A DNA stretch of 64,000 nucleotides from Pristiophorus japonicus (lineage: Eukaryota), in NCBI RefSeq assembly GCF_044704955.1, contig NW_027251778.1:124001-188000 (forward strand), written 5' to 3'. The translations under genes were made by a program, and so were the position numbers. Below the pieces are notes generated by a model. It searched no databases. It was given only the letters and a program-made list of their open reading frames with translations, and had not been told where the DNA came from. Shown piece by piece: positions 36,055-49,129 of the stretch (position 1 is its first letter; the number at the start of each line of letters is the position of its first letter).

Positions 36055-37860
36055 GCAGGGTCAGCAGGAGTTAGATACAGGGACATCTGGGTTAAATACA
36101 GGGTCAGCATGGGTTAGATAGAGGGTCAGCATGTGTTTGATACAGGGTCAGCAGGGAATAGATACAGGGTCAGCACGGGTTAGATACAGGAACAGTACGG
36201 GTTCCATACAGGAACTTAACGGTTAAATACAGGTACAGCACGGCTTAGATACAGGGACATCCGGGTTAGCTACGGGCTCAGCACGGGTTAGACACAGGGT
36301 CAGTACAGGTTAGATACAGGAATAGTACGGATTGGATACAGGGGCAGTACGGGTTAGATACATGAATATTACGGGTTAGATACAGGGTCAGTACGGGTTA
36401 GATACAGGGACAGTACGGGTTAGATACAGGAAGAGTACGGGTTAGATATAGGCTTAGTATGGGTTAGATACAGGAACAGTACGTTAGATACAGGAACAGT
36501 ACGGGTTAGATACAGGAACAGTACGGGTTAGATATAGGCACAGTATGGGTTAGATACAGGAACAGTACAGGTTAGATACAGGAACAATACGGGTTAGATA
36601 CAGGCACAGTACGGGTTAGATATAGGCACAGTATGGGTTAGATACAGGAACAGTACGGGTTAGATACTGGAACAGTACGGGTTAGATATAGGCACAGTAT
36701 GGGTTAGATACAGGAACAGTACGGGTTAGATACAGGAACAGTACGGGTTAGATACAGGAACAGTACGGGTTAGATACAGGAACAGTACGGGTTAGATACA
36801 GGAACAATACGGGTTAGATACAGGAACAGTACGGGTTAGATACAGGGACAGTAAGGGTTAGATACAGGAACAATACGGGTTAGATACAGGCACAGTACGG
36901 GTTAGATACAGGGACAGTAAAGGTTAGATACAGGAACAGTACGGGTTAGATACAGGAACAATACGGGTTAGATACAGGCACAGTACGGGTTAGATACAGG
37001 AACAATACGGGTTAGATACAGGCACAGTACGGGTTAGATACAGGAACAGTATGGGTTAGACACAGAAACAGTACGGGTTAGATATTGGGACAGTACGGGT
37101 TAGATACAGGAACAGTACGTTAGATACAGGAACAGTACGGGTTAGATACAGAAACAGTACGGGTTAGATACAGGAACAGTACGGGTTAGATACAGGAACA
37201 GTACGTTAAATACAGGACCAGTACGGGTTAGATACAGAAGCAGTACGGGTTAGATATGGGGACAGTACGGGTTAGATACAGGAACAGTACGGGTCAGATA
37301 CAGGAACAGTACGGGTTAGATACAGGAACAGTACGGGTCAGATACAGGAACAGTACGGATTTAGATACAGGAATAGTACGGATTAGATATAGGCTCAATA
37401 TGGGTTAGATACAGGAACAGTACGGGTTAGATACAGGAACAGTACGGGTTAGATACAGGAACAGTACGGGTTAGATACAGGAACAGTACGGCTTAGATAC
37501 AGGAACAGTACGGGTTAGATACAGGAACAGTACGGGTTAGATACAGGAACAGTACGGGTTAGATACAGGAACAGTACGGCTTAGATACAGGAACAGTACG
37601 GCTTAGATACAGGAACAGTACGGGTTAGATACAGGAACAGTACGGGTTAGATACAGGAACAGTACGGGTTAGATACAGGAAAAGTACGGGTTAGATACAG
37701 GAACAGTACGGGTTGGATACAGAAACAGTACGGGTTAGATACAGGAACAGTACGGGTTAGATACAGGAAAAGTACGGGTTGGATACAGAAACAGTACGGG
37801 TTAGATACAGAAACAGTAGGCGTTAGATACAGAAACAGTACGGGTTAGATATTGGGACAG
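36055..37860. repeat. 22-bp minisatellite (tacgggttagatacaggaacag), ~1.8 kb
   Basis: Direct tandem periodicity, homogeneous in the middle and 3' part. Confidence 0.95.
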
Positions 37861-38165
37861 CCATTTATTCTCTCACTTGTTAGATACAGAAATAGACAGG
37901 CAGAGAGTTTAACTCGCCTTTTCTCTCTCCCTTCCGTTATTAACGGCTTATGGAAACCTAGACAATGTCAGAAAGGGAGGAAACGGATCACCGATTATCC
38001 GGAGTCCCCATTAGCCCCGCCCCTGGAATGACCAGTCGCGATGTGGGAGCCAATGAACTGGTGAAGAGAGATTGGCCCTCCCACCCGCACATTGAACATT
38101 GGAGAGCAGGGGGTCAGTAAATGCCACAGTGCCCAGAACTGTGAGATGCTCAGAGGTTGCACACC

Positions 38166-38568
38166 ATGAACCCCCGGATCTCCCTCCCCCCAGAGATGCC
38201 TGTGTCCCAGCTCTGGCTTGTGTTGCTGGTGTTAACGGGTAAGGTGGAGCTGGGCTGTGAGATCTCAGCGATCCTCACTTTAATTTCCCCGTGTGTCCCT
38301 TCACACCGCGGGCTGGTCCAGAATCTCTCCCCCACGGTTTATAGGGTTCCTCTGTCAGTCAGTCTATCTGTCTCTCTCTCTGTCCTATTGCCTGACTGTC
38401 CATATATCGTTCCCTTTTCTCTCACTTTCTCTTTGTATCTCTCTCTTACTCTCTCTCCCTCTCAATGTCTCTCTCTAGCTCTGTCTGTCTGTCTGTCTCT
38501 CTCTCTCTTTATCTCTCACTCTCTCTATCTATCTCTCCCGTTCTCTCTCTCTCTCACTCTCTCTCTCC

Positions 38569-38619
<51 letters not shown>

Positions 38620-39241
38620 ACTTTTCCGTCTCTGTCCCTCTCTCCTCATGTGCTCCTTCTCATCCTCCGGTGATGTGTAGATTGTCGCTCGGTTTATCTC
38701 TCTCTCTCACTGCATCTCATTCGCTAACTGTCTTTGCCTCTCTCTCCCTGTCAGTCCCGCTGTCTCACTCCCTCCCTCACTCTCTCTCTCTCTCTCTCGC
38801 TCTCTCCGTCTCGCTCTGGCTCTGTACCTCTCTCGCGCCCCCTCTCCCTCACACACTCTCCCCTCCTCTGGTGGGTGTCTATAAGCAATTTCTCCGTAGG
38901 TTTATCTCTATCTCTAACTCTCTCTCTTTCTCGGTTTTACAGATGTGGGGGCCGTGCTGATCCAACAGACCCCCGCTGCCATATCCAATTCCCCAGGCAC
39001 TCCGGTTAGCATCGAGTGCCTTTACACAGAAGCAGCAGCTGGCTCCTATTTCTTCTGGTACCGGTGGCATCCTGACCGGGAGCCTCAGAATCTTTTCTCT
39101 TCCAACTACGCTGAAATGGTCACTCCCTCCGGTGAGGTGGATGGATTCACCGCCAGGAGACCCGACAAAACCCACTTCTACCTGGAGACCTCCGGCCTGC
39201 GGGCGGATCAGGCGGCCGTGTATTACTGCGCCTGGAGTCTG
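38166..39241 (+). CDS. TRBV: TCR beta V segment V11, family B, apparently functional; leader 38166-38238, V exon 38943-39241
   Basis: Leader MNPRISLPPEMPVSQLWLVLLVLT|GTAAGG. Open V exon ending YYCAWS. Confidence 0.9.
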
Positions 39242-39280
39242 CACAGTGACTCAGGGAGATGGAGGGGCTCGACACAAACC
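39242..39280 (+). other. 23-RSS of V11
   Basis: CACAGTG-23-ACACAAACC. Confidence 0.95.
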
Positions 39281-39899
39281 CCACCATGGCAGCAAACACC
39301 TGTGGCTGGTGAACCCTGTCATGTTTATTCTGCAGAGCCAATGTGTTTTTGACAAGCAGAGACGGTTTAGAGTTAAAGTGAGAGAATAGATGTAGAGTCA
39401 CTGGAGAACGTGCAAAGAAAGATTAACAGGGATAACACCAGAATTGAGAGGTTCAAACTATCAGGAAATGCTGAACAGGTCGGGGCTGTTGTGTCCAGAA
39501 AAGATAAAGCTGAGCAGTGAACCTGTCAGAGGTCTTTAGGGATTAACAATGTGTTTTATAGGGTTGGGCGTAGAGATGCAAGATAGAAAGATGGGAAGAT
39601 AAAACGAAAGGAGAAAGAAAGAACGGAAGATAGGTACAATAAAAAAAAGAAAGGAAGCGAGAAGAAAGACAGGATAGAATGAAAGAATGGAAGTTGAAAA
39701 AGAGTCGGAAAGAAAGATAGAGAAATAAAGAAATAATAGATACGCAGAACGATTGTTTCAAAAAAAGAACGAATTTTCAGAAATTTGGCACGCAAGCAAA
39801 ATACTTTTTAAAACGCTGACAGAATGTTTTCTTTCTCTTCAGGGACAGTAGAGGGCGGTCTAGGCCATGAAACACACCAGTGCCCAGAACATGGTTCAC

Positions 39900-40535
39900 G
39901 ATAGGAACACAGGAACAGGAGGAGGTCCATTCAGCCCCTCGAGCCTGTTACGCCGGAACAGGAGGAGGCCCATTCAATCCTTCGAGCCTGTTACACAGAA
40001 ACAGGAGGAGGCCAATTCAGTCTTTCGAGCCTGTTACACAGGAACAGGAGGAGGCCCATTCAGCCCCTCGAGGCTGTTACACAGGAACAGGAGGAGGCCC
40101 ATTCAACCCCTCGAGCATGTTACACAGGAACAGGAGGAGGCCCATTCAGCCCCACGAGCCAGTTACACAGGAACAGGAGAAGGCGCTTTCAGCCCCTCTT
40201 GCCTGTTACACAGGAACAGGAGGACGCCCATTCAGCCCCTCGACTCTGTTACACAGGTACAGCTGGAGGCCTTTCAACCACTCGAGCCTGTTGCAGAGGT
40301 ACAGGAGGTCAATTCAGCCCATCGAGCGTGCTACAGAGCAACTGAACGAGGCCATTCAACTAGTGTAATCTGTTACAGCGAAACAGGAGGCCCATTCAAA
40401 CCCTTTTGCCAGTTACACAGGAAGAGGAGGCACATTCAGCCCCTCGAGCCTGTTACACAGCAACAGGAGGCCCATGCAATCCCTCGAGCCTGTTACTGAG
40501 GAACAGGAGGAGTCCCAATCAGCCCCTCGAACCTG
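39900..40535. repeat. 43-bp minisatellite array
   Basis: Same unit. Confidence 0.9.
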
Positions 40536-41484
40536 CTGGCGCATTACATTATATCATGTCGATCATTATTTTTCTCCTTTGAACCATATCATGCGACATC
40601 CAGACCCAAACAAAACTGTACCAATCTCTGTCTTCAACCATGCATTTCACCCCAAGCCTCAACAGCTTTTGGAGGAGAGAGTTCCATATTCCCAGTACTC
40701 TTTGTGTGAAGCAGTGGTTTCTGATGCTATGCCTGAAAGGCCTGGCTCTAATTTTAAGTCTCTGGCCCTTCCTTCTGGAGTCCCTGGCTGGAGTAAATTG
40801 ATTCTCTCTATCTACCATATCAACCCCTTTTAATGCATTAGCAACCTCAATCAGCTCACCGCCGAGTCTCCTATAGTCAATGTAGTACAAGCCACGTTGC
40901 TGCAACCTGTCCTCTTCATTTAACCCCGCACCCTGCTGTCATTCTGCTGAATCTGTTTTGAAGCCCATGCAACTCTAACCCAGAGGTGCAGTGCCCAGAA
41001 CGGAAGGCAGTTTTCCAGATGGATTCTGACTGAGGGTCTGTGCAACTGAAGCATCAAATCTTTCTCTCGGTATTCCAACCCCCTTCACCCATAACTATCC
41101 CCTCTTTGGTCGTGATTTGTGGACATGGTCTTCGAAATCCCTTTGCTCCTCCACAGTTAACTCCCACTTCCCATCTGTTCCAATCATGGTCAATCAGAGA
41201 GTGAGGGGAGGGTTTGACAATCAGAAAGGGAGGGGCTTTGTCTGTTAATCAGAGGGAGGGGCTTTGTCTGTCGATCAGAGAGGGAGAGTCTTTGTCTTTC
41301 AAAGAGAGAGAGAGGGGCTTTGTCCACCAATCAGAGGGAGGGGATGGAAGGTTTAAACCTGCACCACTTCCTCACATTCTTCAAATTTTCCTCAATGATT
41401 TGATAAACGCGAATTTAGCTCCTGACAGACTTTCCACTCCTGCTCTCGCTCCTTTCTTTACTGAGGGAAAACTTCAAGTCAAAG

Positions 41485-42087
41485 ATGTATCAGTTACTGC
41501 GTCTGATGCTCTTGTTTCCGCGTAAGGGACTTTTACACAATGTAAGTNNNNNNNNNNNNNNNNNNNNNNNNNNNNNNNNNNNNNNNNNNNNNNNNNNNNN
41601 NNNNNNNNNNNNNNNNNNNNNNNNNNNNNNNNNNNNNNNNNNNNNNNNNNNNNNNNNNNNNNNNNNNNNNNNNNNNNNNNNNNNNNNNNNNNNNNNNNNN
41701 NNNNNNNNNNNNNNNNNNNNNNNNNNNNNNNNNNNNNNNNNNNNNNNNNNNNCTATTTATTGACCGTCTCCTCTCCCCGTCTCTTTCCCAGACGTGAGCT
41801 CACAGACCATCTGCCAGACTCCGGCTGCAGTCTCCAGATTTCCCGGGGAGGGAGTGGAATTGAAATGCACTGTGGAGGGAGCAAGCAACCCTTACATGTA
41901 CTGGTACAGACAGGACCCGGGGAAGGGGACGCAGTTTATGTTTATCTCCCCACCTGTACAATGTGTGAATCCAGAGGTGCCGGTGGACAGGTTTACCGCC
42001 AAGCGACCGAATGACAAGGAGTTTAACCTGGAGACCTCCGGCCTGCGGGCGGATCAGTCGGCCGTGTATTACTGCACCTGGTGTCTG
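41485..42087 (+). CDS. TRBV: TCR beta V segment V12, family A, open frame with three extra Cys; leader 41485-41521, V exon 41792-42087
   Basis: Leader MYQLLRLMLLFP|GTAAGG. V exon SQTICQ...VQCVNP...YYCTWCL. The RSS is variant. Confidence 0.75.
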
Positions 42088-42126
42088 CACAATGATTCAG
42101 GGAGATGGAGGGGCTCGACACAAAAC
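42088..42126 (+). other. Variant 23-RSS of V12
   Basis: CACAATG-23-ACACAAAAC. Confidence 0.8.
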
Positions 42127-42866
42127 TCACCATCGCAGGAAACACGTGTGGCAGATAGATGTGTCTCATAATATATCAGAGTTTGTTTGTACGTCTATTT
42201 ACCCAGTTGTCTATCTATCTGTCTCTTTGTCTGTCTGTCTGTCTGTATATGCGTCTCCATCTGTTCATCCGCCCGTCCNNNNNNNNNNNNNNNNNNNNNN
42301 NNNNNNNNNNNNNNNNNNNNNNNNNNNNNNNNNNNNNNNNNNNNNNNNNNNNNNNNNNNNNNNNNNNNNNNNNNNNNNNNNNNNNNNNNNNNNNNNNNNN
42401 NNNNNNNNNNNNNNNNNNNNNNNNNNNNNNNNNNNNNNNNNNNNNNNNNNNNNNNNNNNNNNNNNNNNNNNNNNNNNNNNNNNNNNNNNGGGGCCGTGGG
42501 CGGGACAAGGGGCGTGGCATTGGGCGGGACAAGGGGCGGGACAGAGGGCGGGACAGTGGGCGGGATTTGGGATCCAGGATAAATCCCAAAGTCCGCCTGT
42601 TGGAAACATGGGGTGTGCTTTAGGCCCCGCAACAAGGTGGGATAGGTTCCCACAGCGTATCCCCCTTCTTCAGCTCAGCTCAGCTCATGCTCATGTCATG
42701 TCATGTCTTTTGATAATCAAAGATTTTACATATATATAAATATATATAAAGTCTTTTTCAATGCTGCTGGAGCTGCTGCTGTTGGTGCCGGTTTAGCTGG
42801 CACTGCTTGAGGCGGGCCCCTGTGGAATGCAGCCAGCCAGCCAGCTATTCCACAGGGCTCCCCTCT

Positions 42867-42899
<33 letters not shown>

Positions 42900-43279
42900 C
42901 GGGGTGCTGCAGGCTTACCTTGTGGCAGGCAGCAGGAGCCACGCAGTGGGACCCTACCATAGTGCACCCTGGAAAAACACAACAGTACGCATCTTGGCAA
43001 CAAGGCCACTTGACCCGAGTGTTTTATTTAGGCACCCAAACAAGGTGGGATGGGTTCCGGCAGTATATCCCCCTTCTTTAGCTCAGCTCAGCTTCTGCTC
43101 ATGTCATTTTATGTCATGTCTTTTGATAATCAAAGATTTCATCGATATATAAATATATATAAAATCATTTTCAATGCTGGGGCTGCTGCTGGTGGTGCTG
43201 TTGGGGAAGCTGCCAATGTTTGAGGCGGGCCTCTGGAGAATGCAGCCAGCCAGCCAGCTGATCCACAGGGCTCCCGTCT

Positions 43280-44170
43280 GGCGGGGCAGTGGGCGGGTCA
43301 TGGGGCGGTACATGGCGTGTGGCGGTGGGCGGTTAAAGGGGTGGGACAAGGGGCGTGGAAGTAGGCGTGGCTGTGGGCGGGACAAGGAGCGTGGCAGTGG
43401 GCGGGACAAGGGGAGTGTCAGTGGGCGGGACAAGGGGCGTGGCAGTGAGCGGGACATTGGGCGTGGCAGTGGGCGGACAGTGGGCGGTACAAAGGGCGTG
43501 GTAGTGGGCGGGGCAAGGGGCGTGGCAGTGGGGGGACACGGGGCGTGGCAGTGGGCTATGACAATGGGCGGGGAAAAGGGCGTGGCAGTGGGCGGGGCAA
43601 AGGGGTGTGGCAGTGGGCTGGACAAGGGGTGGGACAGTGGGCGTGGCATTGGCGGCACAAGGGACGTGGCCGTGGACTGAAAAAGGGGCGCGGCAGTGGG
43701 CGGGACAAGGGGCGTGTCAGTTGGCGGGACAAGGGTCGGGGCAAGGGGCGTGGCAGTAGGCGGGAAAAGGGGCGGGACAAAGGCGTGGCAGTGGGCGGGA
43801 CAAGCGTGTCACTGGGCGGCACAAGGGGCGGGGCAGTGGGCGGGACAAGAGGCGTGGCAGTGGGCGGGACAATGGGCGTGGCAGTGGGCGCTGCAAGGGG
43901 CGTGGCAGTGGGCGGGACAACGGGCGTGGCAGTGGGCGGGGCAAGGGGTGTGGCAGTGGGCGGGACAAGGGGAATGGTAGTTTGCGGGAGAAGGGGCGGG
44001 AACTGGGAGGTAGCAGTGGGCGGGACAAGGATCGGGACGAGAGGCTTGGCAGTTGGCGGGGCAAGGTGCGTGGCAATGGGTGGGACAAGGGGCGTGTCAG
44101 TTGGCGGGCCCAGGGGCGGAACAGTGGGCTTGGCAGTGAGCGGGACAAAGGGCGTGGCCGTGGGCGAGAC
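43280..44170 (+). repeat. 24-bp G-rich minisatellite (ggcagtgggcgggacaaggggcgt); also at 42490-42570
   Basis: Direct; strong G skew. Confidence 0.92.
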
Positions 44171-44179
44171 ACAGGCTCG

Positions 44180-45790
44180 AAGGCTCGAAGCCTCCTTTTA
44201 CACAGGAGCAGGGTGCCATTCAACTCATCGAGCCTGTTATACAGGAAGAGAAGAAGGCCCAATCAGCAGCTCGAATCTGTTACACAGTAACAGGTGGAGG
44301 CACATTCAACCCCTCGAACACGTTACAAATGAACAGGAGGAGGCCCATTTATCCCCTGGAACCTGTTGCAGAGAAACAGCAGGACATTCAGCTTCTCGAG
44401 CCTGATACTCTTGAACTGGAGTCCCATTCACCCCCTCGAGCCTGTTGCACAGGAACAGGAGGAGTCCCATTCAGCCCCTCGAGCCTCTTACACAGGAACT
44501 GGAAGAAACCCATTCAGTCCCTCGAGCCTGTTACACAGGAAACGGAGGAGGCCCAATCAGCTCCTCGAGCCATTTACAGAGGAACAGGAGGTCCATTCAG
44601 CCCCTCGAGCCTTTTACACAGGAACAGGAGGAGGCCCATTCAACCCCTCGAGCCTGTTACACAGGAACAGGAGGAGGCCCATTCAGGCCCTCGAGCCTTT
44701 TACCAGATGACCAAGAGGAGGCCCATTCAGCCCTTCGAGCTTGTTACACAAGAACAGGAGGAGGCCCATTCAGCACCTCGAGCCTGTTACACAGGAAACG
44801 GAGGAGGCCCAATCATCCCCTCGAGCCTTTTACAGATGAACAGGAGGCCCATTCAGCCCCTCAAGCCTGTTACACAGGAACAGGAGGAGGCCCATTTAGC
44901 CCCTCGAGCCTTTTACACAGGAACAGGAGGAGGCACATTCAACCCCTCGAGCCTGTTACACAGGAACAGGAGGAAGCCCATTCAGCCCCTCGAACCTGTT
45001 ACCAGATGACCAGGAGAGGCCCATTTAGCCCCTCGAGCCTGTTACACAGGAACAGGAGGAGGCCCATTCAATCCCTCGAGCCTGTTACACAGGAACAGGA
45101 GGAGGCCCATTCAGCCCCTCGAGCCTGTTACACAGGAACAGGAGGAGGCCCATTCAGCCCCTCGAGCCTGTTACACAGGAACAGGAGGAAGCCCATTCAG
45201 CCCCTCGAGCTTGTTAATAGGAACAGGAGGAGGCCCATTCAGCCCCTCAAAGCTGTTACAGAGCAACAGGATGCGTTTTCATCCTTTCGAGGCTGTTACA
45301 CAGCAATAGGTGGAGTCTCATTCAGACCCTCAGACCTGCTACATAGGAACAGGAGGCGGATTCAGCCCCTCTAATCAGTTACACAGGAACAGAAGGAGGG
45401 TATTCAGCAATCAGGCCGTCGAGCATGTTACACAGGAACAGGAGGCACATTCCATCACTCGAACATGTTACACATGAACAGGAGGAGGCCCATTCAGCCC
45501 CTCGCACCTGTTACACAGGAACAGGAGGAGGCACATTCAAACCCTCGAGCCTGTTTACAAGAACAGGAGGAGGCCCATTCAGCCGGTCAAAGCTGTTACA
45601 GAGCGACAGGAGGCTCTTTCAGCCTTTCGAGGCAGTTACACTTCAATAGGAGGAGGCGCATTCAGCCCCTCGATCCTGTTACACAGGAATACTAGGCAAT
45701 TAAACCCCTGGAAACTGTTACATAGGAACAGGAGGAGTCCCATTCAACCCCTCAGGCCTGTAACATAGGAACAGGAGGCGCATTCATCAT
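44180..45790. repeat. 43-bp minisatellite array
   Basis: Same unit. Confidence 0.9.
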
Positions 45791-46655
45791 GCAGTGACGT
45801 GGATACGTTAGGTGAATGGGCAAATGCATGGCAGATGAAGTATAATGTGGATAAATGTGAGGTTATCCACTTTGGTGGTAAAAACAGAGAGACAGACAAT
45901 TATCTGAATGGTGACAGATTAGGAAAAGGGGAGGTGCAACGAGACCTGGGTGTCATGGTACATCAGTCACTGAAGGTTGGCATGCAGGTAAAGCAGGCGG
46001 TTAAGAAAGCAAATGGCATGTTGGCCTTCATAGCGAGGGGATTTGAGTACAGGGGCAGGGAGCTGTCACTACAGTTGTACAGGGCCTTGGTGAGGCCACA
46101 CCTGGAGTATTGTGTACAGTTTTGGTCTCCTAACCTGAGGAAGGACATTCTTGCGATTGAGGGAGTGCAGCAAAGGTTCACCAGACTGATTCCCGGGATG
46201 TCGCAACTGACAAATCAAGAAAGAGTGGATCAACTGGACTTGTATTCACTGGAGTTCAGAAGAATGAGAGGGGATCTCATAGACAAGTTTAAAATTCTGA
46301 CGGGTTTGGACAGGTTACATGCAGGAAGAATGTTCCAAATGTTGGGGAAGTCCAGAACCAGGGTTCACAGTCGAAGGATAAGGGGTAAGCCATTTAGGAC
46401 CGACATGAGGAGAAACTTGTTCACCCAGAGAGTGGTGAACCTGTGGAATTCTCTTCCACAGAAAGTTGTTGAGGCCAATTGTCTAAATATATTCAAAAGG
46501 GAGTTAGATGTAGTCCTTACTACTAGGGGGATCAAGGGGTATGACGAGAAAGCAGGAATGGGGTACTGAAGTTGCATGTTCAGCCATGAACTCATTTAAT
46601 GGCGGTGCAGGCTCGAAGGGCCGAATGGCCTACACCTGCACCTATTTTCTATGTC
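45790..46655 (+). mobile_element. CR1 LINE 3' fragment, open frame 45799-46569
   Basis: WQMKYNVDKCEVIHFGGKN..LVRPHLEYCVQFWSP..GIKGY, then 3' stem-loop. Confidence 0.92.
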
Positions 46656-46881
46656 TGTGTCGATGTTTATATCACTGACCTCTCAGATGAAGGGTCAGTG
46701 GACCGCTCTTTAACCGGAGTCCCCATTAGCCCCGCCCCGAGAATAACCAGTCACGATGAGGGAGCCAATGAACTGGTGAAGAGAGATTGGCCCCTCCCAC
46801 CCGCACATTGAACATTGGAGAGCAGGGGGTCAGTAAATGCCACAGTGCCCAGAACTGTGAGATATTCAGAGGTTGCACACC

Positions 46882-47819
46882 ATGAACCCCCGGATCTCCC
46901 TCCCCCCAGAGATCACTGTGTCCCAGCTCTGGCTTGTGTTGCTGGTGTTAACGGGTAAGGTGGATCTGGGCTGTGAGATCTCAGCGATCCTCACTTTAAT
47001 TTCCCCGTCTGTCCCTTCACAGCGCGAGCAGGTCTAGATTCTCTCCCCCTCGGTTTATAGAGTGTCCTCTGTCTATGTGTCTGCCTCTCTCCCTCTGTCT
47101 CCCTCCCTCTGTGCCGCTATCTCTCTACCTGCTACTCGATCTGTTTGTCTTACTGCGTTACTGTCCAGCTATGTTTCCCTTCTCTCTCTCTCTCTCTCTT
47201 TCTCTTACTATCTTGTTTCTATCCCTCACTCCTCGTGCACCTTCTCATCCTCCAATGATGTGTAGATTGTTGATTGGTTGAACTATCTTTCTGTATCACA
47301 TTCTCTCTGTCTTTGCCTCGCTCGTTCTGTCCGTCGCGCTGTCTCACTCCCTCCCTAATTCTATCTCTCACTCTCTCAGTCGCGCTTTGTCTCTCTGTCT
47401 CTCTCGCCCAGTCTCTGCCTCACTCTCTCTACCCTCCCCTGCCCCATCATGGCGGATGTTTATATGCAATATCTCCCTGGTTTTATCGCTATCTCTAACT
47501 CTCTCTCTTTCTCGGTTTTACAGATGTGGGGGCTGTGCTGATCCAACAGTCTCCCGCTTCCATTTCCAATTCCCCGCGCACCCCGGTTAGCATCGAGTGC
47601 CTTTACACAGAAGCAGGTGCTGTCTCCCGTTTCTACTGGTACCGGTGGCATCCTGACCGGGAACCTCAGAACCTTTTCTCTTCCTACTCTGGAACGGACA
47701 CTCCCAGCGGGGAGATGGACGGGTTCACCGCCAGGAGACTCGACAACACTCACTTCTACCTGGAGACCTCCAGCCTGCGGGCGGATCAGGCGGATGTGTA
47801 TTACTGCGCCTGGAGTCTG
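46882..47819 (+). CDS. TRBV: TCR beta V segment V13, family B; leader 46882-46954, V exon 47524-47819
   Basis: Leader MNPRISLPPEITVSQLWLVLLVLT|GTAAGG. Open V exon ending YYCAWS, with CDR2 one codon shorter than its paralogs. Confidence 0.87.
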
Positions 47820-47858
47820 CACAGTGACTCAGGGAGATGGAGGGGCTCGACACAAACC
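47820..47858 (+). other. 23-RSS of V13
   Basis: CACAGTG-23-ACACAAACC. Confidence 0.95.
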
Positions 47859-49129
47859 CCACCATGGCAGGAAACACCTGTGGGAGACAGATATCTCTAG
47901 TCTGTTTATCTGAGTCTGTTTGTGTGTCTCTTTACCCATTTATCTCTATGTCTCTTTATATATCTATCTGTCTTTCTNNNNNNNNNNNNNNNNNNNNNNN
48001 NNNNNNNNNNNNNNNNNNNNNNNNNNNNNNNNNNNNNNNNNNNNNNNNNNNNNNNNNNNNNNNNNNNNNNNNNNNNNNNNNNNNNNNNNNNNNNNNNNNN
48101 NNNNNNNNNNNNNNNNNNNNNNNNNNNNNNNNNNNNNNNNNNNNNNNNNNNNNNNNNNNNNNNNNNNNNNNNNTACTGTTTAATTCATACCGATAAAAAA
48201 TGATATATTTTGCATTTCATTTATATTTACATTGTTGCATCTTCTTATTCTCTTTTAATTGAGATTACTTCAACAGATTATGCATTGTTAAAAATCCCCG
48301 ATCAATGTTTCGGATGTGCTATTCATAACGAAATAATCTATGTGTCAACAACGGATTATGAGCTGGGGTAAATGGGAGAATGCTCGTGTTGAAAGAATGA
48401 ATACAGGAATATGGGAAGGAGTTACGCCTAGCTCCCGATTATACCAGTGAATAGTTCCCAGGCACATACTGTCAGAGGAGGTGTTTATTCCTCCTGTTAC
48501 TTGCCCTATCGCAATAGCAACGAGAAGAGCTGATTATTATAGAATCCCAGAAGGATACATTACAGAATAAGGCGATTCGCTCCATCGTGTCTGTGCTATC
48601 CAATTAGTCCCAGTCCCCTGACCCGTTCCCCACAGCACTGAAAATGTACCCTTCATACAGTTAGCCCACCCCAGTTTAAAGTTACTGTTGAATCTGATTC
48701 CAGCACCCTTTCAGGCAACGCGTTCCAGATCACAATAATTCACTGAGGTGAAAGCTTTTACTCACCTCCGGCTCCGGTTCTCCAGCAAATATCCTTAAAT
48801 CTGTCTCCTTTCTTTATCCACCCTCCTGCCACTGGGTCCAGTTTCTCCTTAGATACTCTATCAAAACACTGAAATTAATGTAAGTACCTTTTTTAAACCT
48901 GCTCTTCACATTCACCGCTGTAAGAGAAACAACCCCAGACAGACAGGAGACAGTTAATCTGAGAACCCTGAGCCGTGTGACGGTTGTTTCTCGCTGTGCA
49001 GACGCGAGATGGCGCTGCAGATCCGTTTCTCACTGGGACACCTGCCCCCGGACAGGTGCTCGAGTCTCTGCTGCAAACCGTTAACCCACTTGTCTGTCAG
49101 ACTCTGGGTGCCTTCTAACAACATCACAA

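Noticed and set aside
36055-37860. CRISPR-like appearance of regular repeats (also the 43-bp arrays)
   Set aside because: Head-to-tail units without unique spacers, in a vertebrate context with no cas genes.
43280-44170. Immunoglobulin switch region
   Set aside because: G-rich, but the unit lacks dense AGCT/GAGCT motifs and lies among TCR V segments; kept only as a G4-prone repeat.
44329-45374. Repetitive ORFs (EPVTQEQEEAHSAPRACYTGTGGGPFSPSSLLHRNRRRPIQPL)
   Set aside because: The 43-bp unit cycles through three frames without stops; there are no splice or coding signals.
45799-46569. 256-aa ORF as a host gene or active LINE
   Set aside because: It is only the C-terminal part of CR1 ORF2, 5'-truncated, without endonuclease or a complete RT.
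48982-48998. ggttgtttc..cgctgtg as a J-type RSS
   Set aside because: The spacing is 1 nt rather than 12, and no FGxG J sequence follows.
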